DNA of 63,772 bases, filler included, from a bacterium (GCA_024278215.1; 3 parts of 3 records of this genome joined end to end with filler, not necessarily neighbours in it); one strand, 5' to 3'; positions 50,532-60,644 are shown, numbered from the whole stretch's first letter. Program-made: numbers and translations. The notes: generated from the sequence alone by a model not told the origin.

Positions 50532-50597
50532 AACATTGATTAGTAGTTGCTCGCCTGAAGCAGCGAGCATTGCCTGTTATGGCGTTCCATTCTGTTA

Positions 50598-52100
50598 TCA
50601 TATTACCCCGGTCGACTGCCTTTCAAACAAACAAATGTGAATTATTTCCTCATTGGCAACAAGCGCGTTCCCGACGACAGCCGGACCGTCGATCCCAAAA
50701 GCCGCGCCTTCACCGGGCGGCGAGTACAGTTCACCTATCGCACCGCCTGCATTACTGATGAATTCCGAAACTTTTTCCTTCTTCGCTTTTTTGAATTTTG
50801 TTTTTTTCGTTCTCAGTACTGTTTCCATAGCGCAACTGCTCAGTATCTTCGGCCACTTGCGCTTCAGCGACTGCGAACTGTTGAATATATCGCTTCCGAG
50901 CACACGGTCTCCCAGACACGCCACATATCCGTTTGCACCTTCCGGCAGTTCTATTTTGCTCCGGAACTTATCTATCCTGTCCTTTGCGGATGCGTAAGCG
51001 TCGCTCATCGCTTCAGAATCCGATTCGACCGCGAGTAAGCAGTTCACTGCAGCCACATCCGCCCACACGCAGCCCTGGTCGGCTGCATAAGTACCGTTCT
51101 CTTTTATGTTTTTCAGAACCTCTTCCCTGCGCCGCATCCGCATCCCCGATGTAGCCATCGCTCCCGAACTGAATTCTCTCTGCCGATACTCCCACCGACC
51201 CTGTTCCACACAACTCACCGGTATCAGAATTTCCTGATTCGCAGCGGCCAGGATCGGTATGTTCAATATCCGGTTCTGCTTTGCGCCCACGAGTTCCTCT
51301 CCGTCCAGCAGCAACACTTTCGAGTTGCTTTTGTTCTTCAACAGCAACTCGGGCACCGAGCCGGATTCGGACACCTCGCATATCTCCATCATGCCCTGTT
51401 CGAGAAGGTCCTCAATGAAATCGTATTTTACTTTCCCATAATTTGCGCCGCCGCCGAATTCAAGCGGGAAAACAGTAAGCCCGTTATAATACACCGGCTC
51501 CCCGATCTCGATAGCCGACAGCGCCGCACCGACTTTTTCCTTAAGTTTCTTCTCGCCGGCGACATGTTGCTTGTGAATACGCCATTTCAACAGGTTTATT
51601 GCCAGGAACACTTCAGGATACTTGTTACCCGAGGCCATTTTCAGGAGCCGGCGCTGAAGTTTAGTCGCCTCTTCGCGCGAAATCTTCGGCGGATTATGGT
51701 ACTGGTGGAGAATTATGTTGCGCACTGTCCTGTCCGTTGTATCGGAGGCGGCGGACGGCTCGAACATATCTTTCCCCTTTTCATGTTTGAAGATTTTTAC
51801 AACGCTCAACAGATCATTCGCCTTCCGGTTCACTCTTACCGCACAGCCTTTGAGTCCGATACGGCCCGAATCGATCAGCGGCGCGAGATACCGTGAGTGA
51901 AAACGCGGAATGTGCCCCACAGGTTCGAAATCCGCGTTATCCACTCGAATCGCGTTCCTGTCATACACATTGTCCGGCTCACGCTCGAACAGCAATTCGC
52001 TGCCCGCTTCCACATTCCTTATCCCTTCGTAATACTGCACACCCGCAAGTGAAATCTTGACTTTTCCCAATTCTTCTACTTTCTGTTTCATTTTAAGCAT
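50598..52100 (-). CDS. HIRAN domain fused to ARPP-1 (DUF6569)-like domain
   Basis: LAGVQYY..L.FEREPDNVYDRNAIRV..VGHIPR (HIRAN); GSVPEL..N..VLLLDGEELVGAKQNRILN..IPVSCVEQGRW..QGCVW (ARPP-1-like). Confidence 0.8.
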   Translation of the reverse strand: MLKMKQKVEELGKVKISLAGVQYYEGIRNVEAGSELLFEREPDNVYDRNAIRVDNADFEPVGHIPRFHSRYLAPLIDSGRIGLKGCAVRVNRKANDLLSVVKIFKHEKGKDMFEPSAASDTTDRTVRNIILHQYHNPPKISREEATKLQRRLLKMASGNKYPEVFLAINLLKWRIHKQHVAGEKKLKEKVGAALSAIEIGEPVYYNGLTVFPLEFGGGANYGKVKYDFIEDLLEQGMMEICEVSESGSVPELLLKNKSNSKVLLLDGEELVGAKQNRILNIPILAAANQEILIPVSCVEQGRWEYRQREFSSGAMATSGMRMRRREEVLKNIKENGTYAADQGCVWADVAAVNCLLAVESDSEAMSDAYASAKDRIDKFRSKIELPEGANGYVACLGDRVLGSDIFNSSQSLKRKWPKILSSCAMETVLRTKKTKFKKAKKEKVSEFISNAGGAIGELYSPPGEGAAFGIDGPAVVGNALVANEEIIHICLFERQSTGVI

Positions 52101-52139
52101 CTCCCCTCGTATGTTCGTCGAATCTATGTTACATCTACT

Positions 52140-52161
52140 ATCTTAGCAGCAGGGTGCGACA
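52140..52161 (-). promoter_or_regulatory. PafBC/WYL-activated-type promoter (TGTCGC-N10-TAAGAT)
   Basis: Minus strand reads TGTCGC ACCCTGCTGC TAAGAT, about 40 nt upstream of ATG 52100; one mismatch to TGTCGG-N10-TA-N3-T. Confidence 0.5.
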
Positions 52162-52252
52162 TGAATTTGCAAAAGTGGGTTACAGTGTGCGTGAAAAGCT
52201 TCAGCACATGAGAGAGTACAGGGTATATTTGCAAACTTTCCAATTACCGCCT

Positions 52253-52301
52253 GATCCAATTGCAGCCGAACGTAGCCGAATCAGAATTTTGCAATTGGCT
52301 C
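52253..52301 (-). repeat. Repeat family B copy
   Basis: GATCCAATTGCAGCCGAACGTAGCCGAATCAGAATTTTGCAATTGGCTC, 49 bp. Confidence 0.82.
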
Positions 52302-52326
52302 GTTCGTTAAGCTAAAATATACTCTC

Positions 52327-53175
52327 ATGGAAACCGAAAACAGCGAAAAATACAAAATCCCCTTGCCATACGATATTGTGGATATACATACACACTTTTT
52401 CCCGCACCGTATGTTCAAAGCGGTGTGGCGTTTTTTTGAAGAACACAGCTGGCGGATAAATTACAAGGACACTCCGGAGGCACTGGCCACCCGCCTGCGT
52501 AATTTCGGCGTTTCTCACTTTACAATTCTTAATTACCTGCATAAACCCGGCATACGGGACTCTCTCGCGGAATGGACGCGCGATTTTGCGGAAAGAACTC
52601 CCGGTGCCATCCCTTTCGGTTCTCTGCTCGCAGGTGAGCCGGGCAATCTCGCAGCCGCAGCGAAATGGTTCACCGAATGGGGTTTTCGCGGACTGAAGAC
52701 GCAGCCGCTCGTGTCCCGAAAGCCGATAAATGATCCCTCACTCTATCCCGTGTACGAACTCATGGCCGGGCAGGAAAAATGGTTTATCGTCCATGCAGGC
52801 ACCGCCCCTTATCCCAACGAATTCACAGACCTGAAATTTCTCGAATATCTCTTGAAAGATTTTCCTGGTCTGAACACTATTCTGGCCCACATGGGCGGCT
52901 TCGATTTCGACAGGGCGCTCCAAATGATGGAAGAATTCCCGAATCTTCACCTTGATACTACAATGATTTTTGTCGAAACGTATGTATTCGACGCCGCCTA
53001 TCCTCTACCCATAGAGCGCCTGCTACCCTTCGAGGATCGCATCCACTTTGGAAGCGATTATCCCAATATTCCATATAATTACTCAGAGGCGATCAATGGC
53101 ATCCTTCGTGCCGGTTTCTCCGAATCGTTCATGAAAAAGTTATTCAGGGAAAATACCGCTGGAATTTTGAACTGA
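52327..53175 (+). CDS. Amidohydrolase_2 family metal-dependent hydrolase
   Basis: VDIHTH, GLK, VHAG, LAHMG, FGSDYP. Confidence 0.88.
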   Translation: METENSEKYKIPLPYDIVDIHTHFFPHRMFKAVWRFFEEHSWRINYKDTPEALATRLRNFGVSHFTILNYLHKPGIRDSLAEWTRDFAERTPGAIPFGSLLAGEPGNLAAAAKWFTEWGFRGLKTQPLVSRKPINDPSLYPVYELMAGQEKWFIVHAGTAPYPNEFTDLKFLEYLLKDFPGLNTILAHMGGFDFDRALQMMEEFPNLHLDTTMIFVETYVFDAAYPLPIERLLPFEDRIHFGSDYPNIPYNYSEAINGILRAGFSESFMKKLFRENTAGILN

Positions 53176-54948
53176 TAGTTTGACTTATATTATAATAACC
53201 ATTCCCTTGATTATACTGATAGTATAATTGCTTTTTGCGGTTGTAATCAGATCAACTGATGAAAATATTATTGGAAATAATCGAAAAATATATTTCTGTT
53301 TTATCTGTCTGTTTTCTATATTATCCTTTTATTATGGTGCACTGATATATATCCTGTAATTATTGATGCTTTTGTATTGTATGATCAGGATAATAAAATA
53401 TGTGTGAGCTGATGGATATATAATATGGTTTTTGAATCAAATTTGTATTTTTTATTGAATATTATATCCAAAAGTTTTAAAACTGTTTGTGCGCTTGTAT
53501 GAAATCATTTATTATATCATTTGCGAAGTGTAGATTTAGAAAGTAAGGCTATTTAAAAAATAACATATGTTATGTGATAAAATATAAGAATAAGAGTTCT
53601 CGAAATAAAGCATATCAGAATTGCAATTTTTATGAAGTAGATAAGCTACTAAATCACTACAATATCTCCTGATTATGTGATGATTCTTGATATTATGACA
53701 TTACACACTGAATATGCAACTTACTGTTAGCGTTCTCTAACAATAAGTATGTATAACTTTAAAGACTATAACTGTAACTTATGAGCAAAATAATCTTCAG
53801 AGACCATATCCACATATTTTTGTATAGATAAATCGTTGCGAATAATTGCTATTGGCAATATAAGTGGAAAATTAGCGTAACAAATATACATATTGAGCAT
53901 ATGCCGTCATATAGGCGCAGGTGATATACCTGAAATCAGCACCATCATTTATATGTCTGTATGTTCTTCTATTGATATTCAGTTTTATGTCTACAACATA
54001 GTAGTGATTAAAATAGTTTCGTGGTATCAGCTCTATTATTAAATTGCAGAAACGAGAAAATAATGAAATAATATGGCAATCATAATATGACATAACTATG
54101 GGAAAAGTAAAAATATTATTAGTACATGCGTAAGGAGTACTAAATGAATATGCTGTTTATGTGTTTAAGGAAATATGAGCATAGTGTCGATTGTAATGTC
54201 TGTTTTTGATAAATGTAACGATAAAAATATTATGAAATGGTAAATATATTTCAGTAAAACATATTAAAGTATTAAGAAGCATGATAGGATAGTAAATATA
54301 CATAATAAAATATTAGAATAAGAATATATTGACAAGTCCAACTATCTATCATCTGTTTCTTTAAAACACTGCTGGCAATATATAGAGTAGTGTTCATACA
54401 ATATGTATTTTAAGTAAAATAAAAGTAAGTGTAAATCGTTACCTGCCATACATGCAAATCTGTCAGGATGTGGAAGATGAAGTATGAAAACTGAGAATAT
54501 TTATATTTGCGAAGTGACTATGTTTCTTCCGTGACATACGTCGGCATAAGTTAACATAATACTACAGGCTGGCATGAATCGTTTTTTGGAAAATAGTAAA
54601 TTTTGTCGCAAAAGACACTATAAAGTGATGAAAAATGCGCATTTGCTTTAATTATGGGCGTCAAAATGCGGATGCGGAAGGAAAACGATTGTTAACGATA
54701 GTAATTGTTTTCTTGTTGAAAAAATAGCGTACAGGCGAAATACAAGCTGGTGAAAGATAGCATTTAGCTAAATATGGCAGAAAATGAAAAACGAACATGT
54801 TTTTTCCAGGCGGATGTTCCGATGTCTTTTACATGATAACAAAATCAACTGTATAATATTGACGGAAGTTGAATATATGTTGTTAGTGAACACAGTGTAA
54901 CCCAGCTGGGTATTAAATATTTCGACAAAAAGAGGGGGCGAGAACGAG
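53176..54948. other. 1.8-kb AT-rich region without credible ORFs
   Basis: About 27% GC by spot count versus ~50% in flanking genes; longest ORF 73 aa. Confidence 0.85.
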
Positions 54949-55500
54949 ATGAATATGTATAGAAGGAAGCAATTACATTATTTTGTTGTTTTAGCACTGC
55001 TGTTCTTTCTACTAACATGCGCGATGATTTCACAATTTAACGATAATGAATCGAGTGCGGGTAGACAGAAAACAGTGAGCATGGTGCCGGCGGGGGTGGT
55101 GACGCGAAGAGTTGTTCGAGTGATTGACGGCGACAGTATTGTGCTGGACGGCGGGATGCAGTTGAGGTACATCGGTATCGACACCCCCGAGATGGACCCG
55201 GTCGAGTATTGCGCGCCGGAAGCGGAGGAGTATAACTGGAGACTTGTGGGAAGGAAGACCTTGAGAATTGTGAGGGGCAGGGAAGAGAAAGACAAATACG
55301 GACGTCTGCTCGGTTATGCTTACGTGACGGATGAGAGCGGCAACGAGATATTTGTAAATGCCGCACTGCTTCGGGCAGGATTGGCACGAACACTCACAAT
55401 TCCGCCGAACACCCTTCATGCTGCGGAATTTGCACGGATTGAGAAAATTGCCAAGAAAAACCATCGGGGCATCTGGGGAAACGATGTTTGCAAACGTTGA
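54949..55500 (+). CDS. Thermonuclease (SNase-like), membrane-anchored or secreted
   Basis: RVIDGDS, RYIGIDTPE, DKYGRLLGY, VNAALLRAGLA, RGIW. Confidence 0.92.
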   Translation: MNMYRRKQLHYFVVLALLFFLLTCAMISQFNDNESSAGRQKTVSMVPAGVVTRRVVRVIDGDSIVLDGGMQLRYIGIDTPEMDPVEYCAPEAEEYNWRLVGRKTLRIVRGREEKDKYGRLLGYAYVTDESGNEIFVNAALLRAGLARTLTIPPNTLHAAEFARIEKIAKKNHRGIWGNDVCKR

Positions 55501-55665
55501 GAGGCGTCGATAGTATGGATAGAGCAAAGTCTTTCAAGCAATAGCTGGATTTCCCATTCCATTATAAATATGAGAAACCGGGTAAAAACAAATTGCAAAA
55601 AGTGTTAAAATATACGGATTGAAATTTTGATAAGATAAAAATTAAAGACACATAAGGAGGCTTTA

Positions 55666-56808
55666 ATGAATCTTGAATTAACGGATGAACAAAGAATGAT
55701 ACGTGACATGGCACGTGATTTTGCAAGAAAGGACATCGCGCCGCTTGCCGATAAGATTGACAAGGAACATTACTTTCCTGAAGAACTGGTGAAGAAGATG
55801 GCCGAATTGGGCCTGATGGGTATTATGGTCGATCCGGAATGGGACGGCGCCGGTATGGACACGGTAAGTTATGTGCTGGCGGTGGAAGAGATTGCAGCTG
55901 TGTGCGCAAGCACAAGTGTTATCCTGTCCGCCCACAATTCTCTATGCATCGACCCTATTGCAAAGAACGGTACGGATGATCAGAAAGAGAAGTTTCTCAA
56001 ACCACTTGCCAGGGGCGAGAAGCTCGGGTGCTTCGGACTGACCGAAGCGAACGCCGGTTCGGACGCCGCAGGTACGAAGTCGACTGCTGTGCTCGACGGA
56101 GATGAATGGATTCTTAACGGCACAAAGAACTTTATTACGAACGGCAAACAGGCGGACATCGCCGTGCTGTTCGCAATAACGGAAAAGGGCATCGGGCACA
56201 AAGGCATCAGTGCGTTCCTCATTGAAAAAGACACACCCGGTTTCACAGTCGGCAAGGTTGAAGACAAACTCGGTATCCGTGGTTCGTCTACGACAGAACT
56301 TGTATGGGAAGACTGCCGGTTGCCGAAAGAAAACCTTCTGGGCGAACTCGGCAGTGGTTTCAAGATAGCGATGCAGACGCTGGACGGTGGCCGAATAGGT
56401 ATTGCCGCCCAGGCTCTGGGTATATCGAGGGCCGCGCTGGATGCGTCGAAGCAATATGCGAAGCAGCGCGAGCAGTTCGGACAGCCTATTGCAAAATTCC
56501 AGGCTATCCAGTGGATGATCGCCGACATGGCTGTCAAATATGAATCGGCGCGACTGCTCACACTCAGGGCGGCGATGATGAAAGACGCGAAAGTACGGTT
56601 CTCACGCGAGGCTGCAATGGCGAAACTCGCCGCGTCTGAAGCAGCTATGTGGATCACGACCAAGGCGATACAGGTTCACGGCGGATACGGCTACACGACG
56701 GATTATCCTGTCGAGAGGTTTTTTCGGGATGCGAAGATCACGGAAATATATGAAGGTACATCGGAAATACAGAGACTGGTTATCGCGGCGAATGAATTAA
56801 GGGATTGA
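55666..56808 (+). CDS. Short-chain (butyryl-CoA-type) acyl-CoA dehydrogenase
   Basis: [64 protein letters not shown]. Confidence 0.93.
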   Translation: MNLELTDEQRMIRDMARDFARKDIAPLADKIDKEHYFPEELVKKMAELGLMGIMVDPEWDGAGMDTVSYVLAVEEIAAVCASTSVILSAHNSLCIDPIAKNGTDDQKEKFLKPLARGEKLGCFGLTEANAGSDAAGTKSTAVLDGDEWILNGTKNFITNGKQADIAVLFAITEKGIGHKGISAFLIEKDTPGFTVGKVEDKLGIRGSSTTELVWEDCRLPKENLLGELGSGFKIAMQTLDGGRIGIAAQALGISRAALDASKQYAKQREQFGQPIAKFQAIQWMIADMAVKYESARLLTLRAAMMKDAKVRFSREAAMAKLAASEAAMWITTKAIQVHGGYGYTTDYPVERFFRDAKITEIYEGTSEIQRLVIAANELRD

Positions 56809-56826
56809 ATTGTGTTGCCGAGTGTT

Positions 56827-56944
56827 GAGCCAATTGCAAAATTATGATTCTGCTGCGGTCGGCTGCTCCCTCACCACTCACTTGCCGCGCCTTGTATTAC
56901 AGGCATTCTCCTGATTTTCGCCCGCATTGGTGAAATATGCGGGC
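56827..56944 (+). repeat. Composite repeat: family B left part + module C + family A hairpin
   Basis: 56861-56944 is nearly identical to 34664-34748; followed by hairpin CTGACCCGGC-TTT-GCCGGGTCAG. Confidence 0.85.
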
Positions 56945-56977
56945 TGACCCGGCTTTGCCGGGTCAGGCTCATAACAA

Positions 56978-59230
56978 ATGAGAATACTTATTGTATATAC
57001 GCCGTTCGCGTGGCCGTCAGCGCCGCCACTGGGCATTTCTATTCTTAAAAGTTATTTGCAAAAAATATTTCCTGAATCCTCTGTGAGTGCGATAGACCTT
57101 AATCTTGATTTCTTCATGGCTCCTGGCCGTTTTGCGTTTGGCCTGTGCGAGTGTTGCGACAGGATGCCGGGTGTCGACTGTGTTCCGCCCGGGATGTTTC
57201 TGCATGGTGACATCTACGAAGACGCAAGAAAAACATTTTCTTCAAAAACAGCCTTCTATGACATACACCGGCACGCACGCGATTATGTTTTCTTTCGCAC
57301 TTTCTACGAGCATCTGTCAGCCTGCATCAAAAGAGTGTTTCGCGGTTACATCGAAAACCGGAATGATAACGCAAAACTGACCGAAAGTATTATTTCCATT
57401 CATGGCGACATGCTGCTCGATTTTGCGCCGGACGTGATAGGCTTCTCTGCACATGCCGACCAGGCGGCTTATGCGCTTGCGCTGTCGAAATATGTAAAGA
57501 GTAAAAAACAATCGGTAAAAACCGTCATCGGCGGCTATTTCCCTTCATTCTGCGGTGCGAAGGATATACTCGATACCTTTGATTACGTAGACTACGCGGT
57601 CGAGGGCGAAGGAGAAGAGCCGCTCGCTGCAATTATTGAATCTTTGCAGACCGGAACCGGAGTGCGTTGCGACTTTCCGGGAACGGCCGAGCGCGGCGGC
57701 GGCGAAGTCTCGTTCGCGGCACCGGGCAAAGGCCCGCGCGTGCTGGATTCGCTGCCGTTTCCGGATTTTTCGGATTATAAACTCGACGATTATTTTGTAC
57801 CGGAAACGGTGCTTCCCATACTTGCTTCACGCGGTTGCTCGTGGGGAAAGTGCGCTTTCTGCGCGCACAGGGAAAACTACTGCGCGAACTACAGGCAGCG
57901 CTCGGCGGATAATGTGGCGGTCGAGATGAAATATCAGAAAGCCGAAACAGGTGCCCGACACTTCCTCTTCTGCGACGAGCAGATAGGCGGCCACAGGCTC
58001 GACGAACTGTCGCGGGCATTGTCTTCAGTCGACGCCTCTTTCGGCCTGGCCGGTCTGAAACCCGACAGGAATGTAACTTATGACCGGCTCGAAAAAGCTG
58101 CGAAAGCCGGTCTGGTGTGGGTATATCTCGGTGTCGAAACGCTGTCGCCACGGCTGCTCGAGCTCATGGACAAAGGAACTACTGTGGAAGATGTGCTTCG
58201 TGTGATAAAGTGCTGCGATGAAACAGGAATCGTTCCTTTTGTTTCCTATATCTGGGGCTTTCCTTCACAGACGAAAGAGGAAGTCGTTTCGGAGAGGGCG
58301 ACCATACGCGAGAATAAACATTGTCTGACGCTGCCGGACGACGGCCATTATTTTTCGCTCGAAAAAAACTCGCCGATCTTCAAGAATTCCGATAAATTCT
58401 GCATAAACCCTGAAGGCGCGGAGGTAATGTTCGATGTCGATGGTAAAAAAATACTGAGTGGCAGGTACCGATTTTCTGTTTCAAAAGGACTTACTCCGTA
58501 TCAGTCGAAAAATATATTTGGGCCGCCCGAAGATTTCCCTTATGAGACGCATTCGTTCTGGGAAGCGCTGATACTGCTTGCGGCGAGAGGGAAGCGGCTG
58601 GTTTTCGACCGGAAAAGATTCCACGAAAATATACTCGATTCTGTGTGGGAGAGAATAGCAGAAGTGATTGATGACTCTGCTGATAGTAATGATGAAACAG
58701 AGTTGATGCGTGCGCACTGTATGTTTAAGATGCAAACGTATGAGCGTGTCATTGCGGAATTGGGAAAAAACATTAAAGCTTCTGACAAATTTAGATTGCA
58801 GAAGATATTCTTGCTCGGCAAAAGCTGCATGGCGATAGAGGAATACGACAGGGCAATCGAATGTTTCAGCAGTGTTGCTGGTGCGGCTGAAAAGAATGAC
58901 ACAATTTACCAGGAATCTATTCTCAACATGGCGTTATGCCTGGAACGCGCAGGCGATATTGAAAATGCAAAATCTCATTATGGGGCTTTGATCAAGATAA
59001 AGCCGTTGCACGTTAGCCGCGCCGAATGCCTCGCCGGGCTGGGCAGATGCTGTTTCAGAATGGGCGAGTGGGACGATGCGATTGCGAGCTTATTATTGTC
59101 GCGCGAAGAAGACCTCGAAGGCAGGCTCGAACTTGACTTATGTTTCCACCTGATCACCTGCTACGAAATGACGGACAATCCCGAAAAAGCATCAGAAGAA
59201 TCACGACGACTTGCAGAATTGATGCCGTAA
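56978..59230 (+). CDS. Cobalamin-binding radical SAM protein with C-terminal TPRs
   Basis: PPLGISILKSYL, VIGG, SRGCSWGKCAFC, LGVE, GFP; TPR-like helical repeats in the last ~180 aa. Confidence 0.85.
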   Translation: MRILIVYTPFAWPSAPPLGISILKSYLQKIFPESSVSAIDLNLDFFMAPGRFAFGLCECCDRMPGVDCVPPGMFLHGDIYEDARKTFSSKTAFYDIHRHARDYVFFRTFYEHLSACIKRVFRGYIENRNDNAKLTESIISIHGDMLLDFAPDVIGFSAHADQAAYALALSKYVKSKKQSVKTVIGGYFPSFCGAKDILDTFDYVDYAVEGEGEEPLAAIIESLQTGTGVRCDFPGTAERGGGEVSFAAPGKGPRVLDSLPFPDFSDYKLDDYFVPETVLPILASRGCSWGKCAFCAHRENYCANYRQRSADNVAVEMKYQKAETGARHFLFCDEQIGGHRLDELSRALSSVDASFGLAGLKPDRNVTYDRLEKAAKAGLVWVYLGVETLSPRLLELMDKGTTVEDVLRVIKCCDETGIVPFVSYIWGFPSQTKEEVVSERATIRENKHCLTLPDDGHYFSLEKNSPIFKNSDKFCINPEGAEVMFDVDGKKILSGRYRFSVSKGLTPYQSKNIFGPPEDFPYETHSFWEALILLAARGKRLVFDRKRFHENILDSVWERIAEVIDDSADSNDETELMRAHCMFKMQTYERVIAELGKNIKASDKFRLQKIFLLGKSCMAIEEYDRAIECFSSVAGAAEKNDTIYQESILNMALCLERAGDIENAKSHYGALIKIKPLHVSRAECLAGLGRCCFRMGEWDDAIASLLLSREEDLEGRLELDLCFHLITCYEMTDNPEKASEESRRLAELMP

Positions 59231-59239
59231 TTCTATTTT

Positions 59240-59288
59240 GAGGTAATTGCAAAATTCTGATTCTGCTGCGGTCGGCTGCTATTGTCCA
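59240..59288 (+). repeat. Repeat family B copy
   Basis: GAGGTAATTGCAAAATTCTGATTCTGCTGCGGTCGGCTGCTATTGTCCA. Confidence 0.8.
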
Positions 59289-59405
59289 TAGCTGCGTTGT
59301 CGGCACAAAATCATCATCAACGTACTCGGCGAGTATGCCTGCGGGGATTTTGCACCTCCGCCTTGATTCTGAAAAATTTCGTTCGACCCCGCTACAAACA
59401 TAATT

Positions 59406-60104
59406 TCAGGACTCCTGACCTGGGAGAAGGGTAGAAAAGAGGGCATGGCGAGAGTGGCACACAAAAAAGCGTGTAAATAAAGGGAAAATATCGAGTGGGG
59501 AGAAAGATAACAAAATAAGACGGGACGCTACAAAGGGAAAAAAGAAATGATACAATATAGGGAATACAGACAGCAGTGAGTGGGGGAAGAGATGCCACAG
59601 ATGATATTGCCGTTGTTTCCAGCGGAGGCCATTACGTCGGGCCGCGTGAAAACGCCCCAAAAAAACAGATGTAGCCACACAAGAAGGATCCACCACAAAG
59701 AGTGACAGAAGTATAGAGGACGCGGTCGCGGCGCAGGGCATGGGATGCACACGCGTTCTGGAGTGTGTGGAGGCGGCCGCGGGCCTGCTCGATCAAGTGC
59801 CCGTGCGGTTTGAGCCTGCCCGCGATGTGCCCGGCGCCGGGGTGCTGTGCGCGCTTCCGGCGCTGCTGGAAAACGGCCTGTTGAAATATACCGAAGACAA
59901 TCATGGAAACAGAAAAACAGGAGACAAAAAAATGGCCCGATACATTCAGAAAAAAAGCGACCTGCTCGACACCATACAAAACCTGCAAGCCGACCTGCAA
60001 ACATCAAAAAACAACGCCAGACAACACCCAGACACATCACCTTCGAGCAACTGCCCGAACAATTCCGATTCGTAACCGTTCACACCCCTGTTGCAGCACA
60101 ATGA
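59406..60104 (+). pseudogene. Deleted, frameshifted transposase remnant (unclassified IS)
   Basis: Fragments FEPARDVPGAGVLCALPALLENGLL and, in another frame, KKQRQTTPRHITFEQLPEQFRF; candidate end TCAGGACTCCTGA at 59406. Confidence 0.55.
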
Positions 60105-60172
60105 CATACAATAGCGCACTATTGCATACACTAGACGTTTTTGCAAGTATGTGCTATGGTATGTTTAATGGA

Positions 60173-60272
60173 NNNNNNNNNNNNNNNNNNNNNNNNNNNN
60201 NNNNNNNNNNNNNNNNTTAATTAATTAANNNNNNNNNNNNNNNNNNNNNNNNNNNNNNNNNNNNNNNNNNNN
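60173..60272. other. Artificial contig linker
   Basis: N-run, TTAATTAATTAA, N-run; 100 nt. Confidence 0.97.
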
Positions 60273-60644
60273 GTTTCTTCGCCTCCGTGAAGTCTTCTCC
60301 ACCAGACGCGGAATCCGCCTCCGGACTGGGCGGAGTAATTGTATGCGTTCAATACGATGCGGTCGACGCAATCGTAAGCGCCGTCAAGCAGTGCGCCATT
60401 GTACTCGATAAATTGGGTCTTTGGTTATCAATATGTCCATAATGTACAATATTATAAAAGCTGTCATAATGTATTTTCAATTGCCTCCGCAGGAGGCCCC
60501 ATCTTCCGGGCGCATGTCCCGGACGAGGCGTAGTATCTTATGACTGAAGTCCTGCGCAAGGTGGTAATGAAATATTGAAAAGAGATCGGTGAAAGCTGGA
60601 GTTTCCAGTTACAGACATTTCCAGGGTAGACCTTTGGAACGATG

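Noticed and set aside
53872-54093. 73-aa ORF in the AT-rich region
   Set aside because: No RBS, no motif, and a length compatible with chance
54539-54576. XerD-like arm AGTTAACATAA
   Set aside because: No XerC arm at 6-bp spacing in the required orientation
54791-54805. LexA-like CGAACATGTTTTTT upstream of the thermonuclease
   Set aside because: Only one half-site matches GAAC-N4-GTTC
8896-59288. Family A and B repeats as a CRISPR array
   Set aside because: Copies are dispersed kilobases apart in both orientations, with no regular spacers and no cas genes
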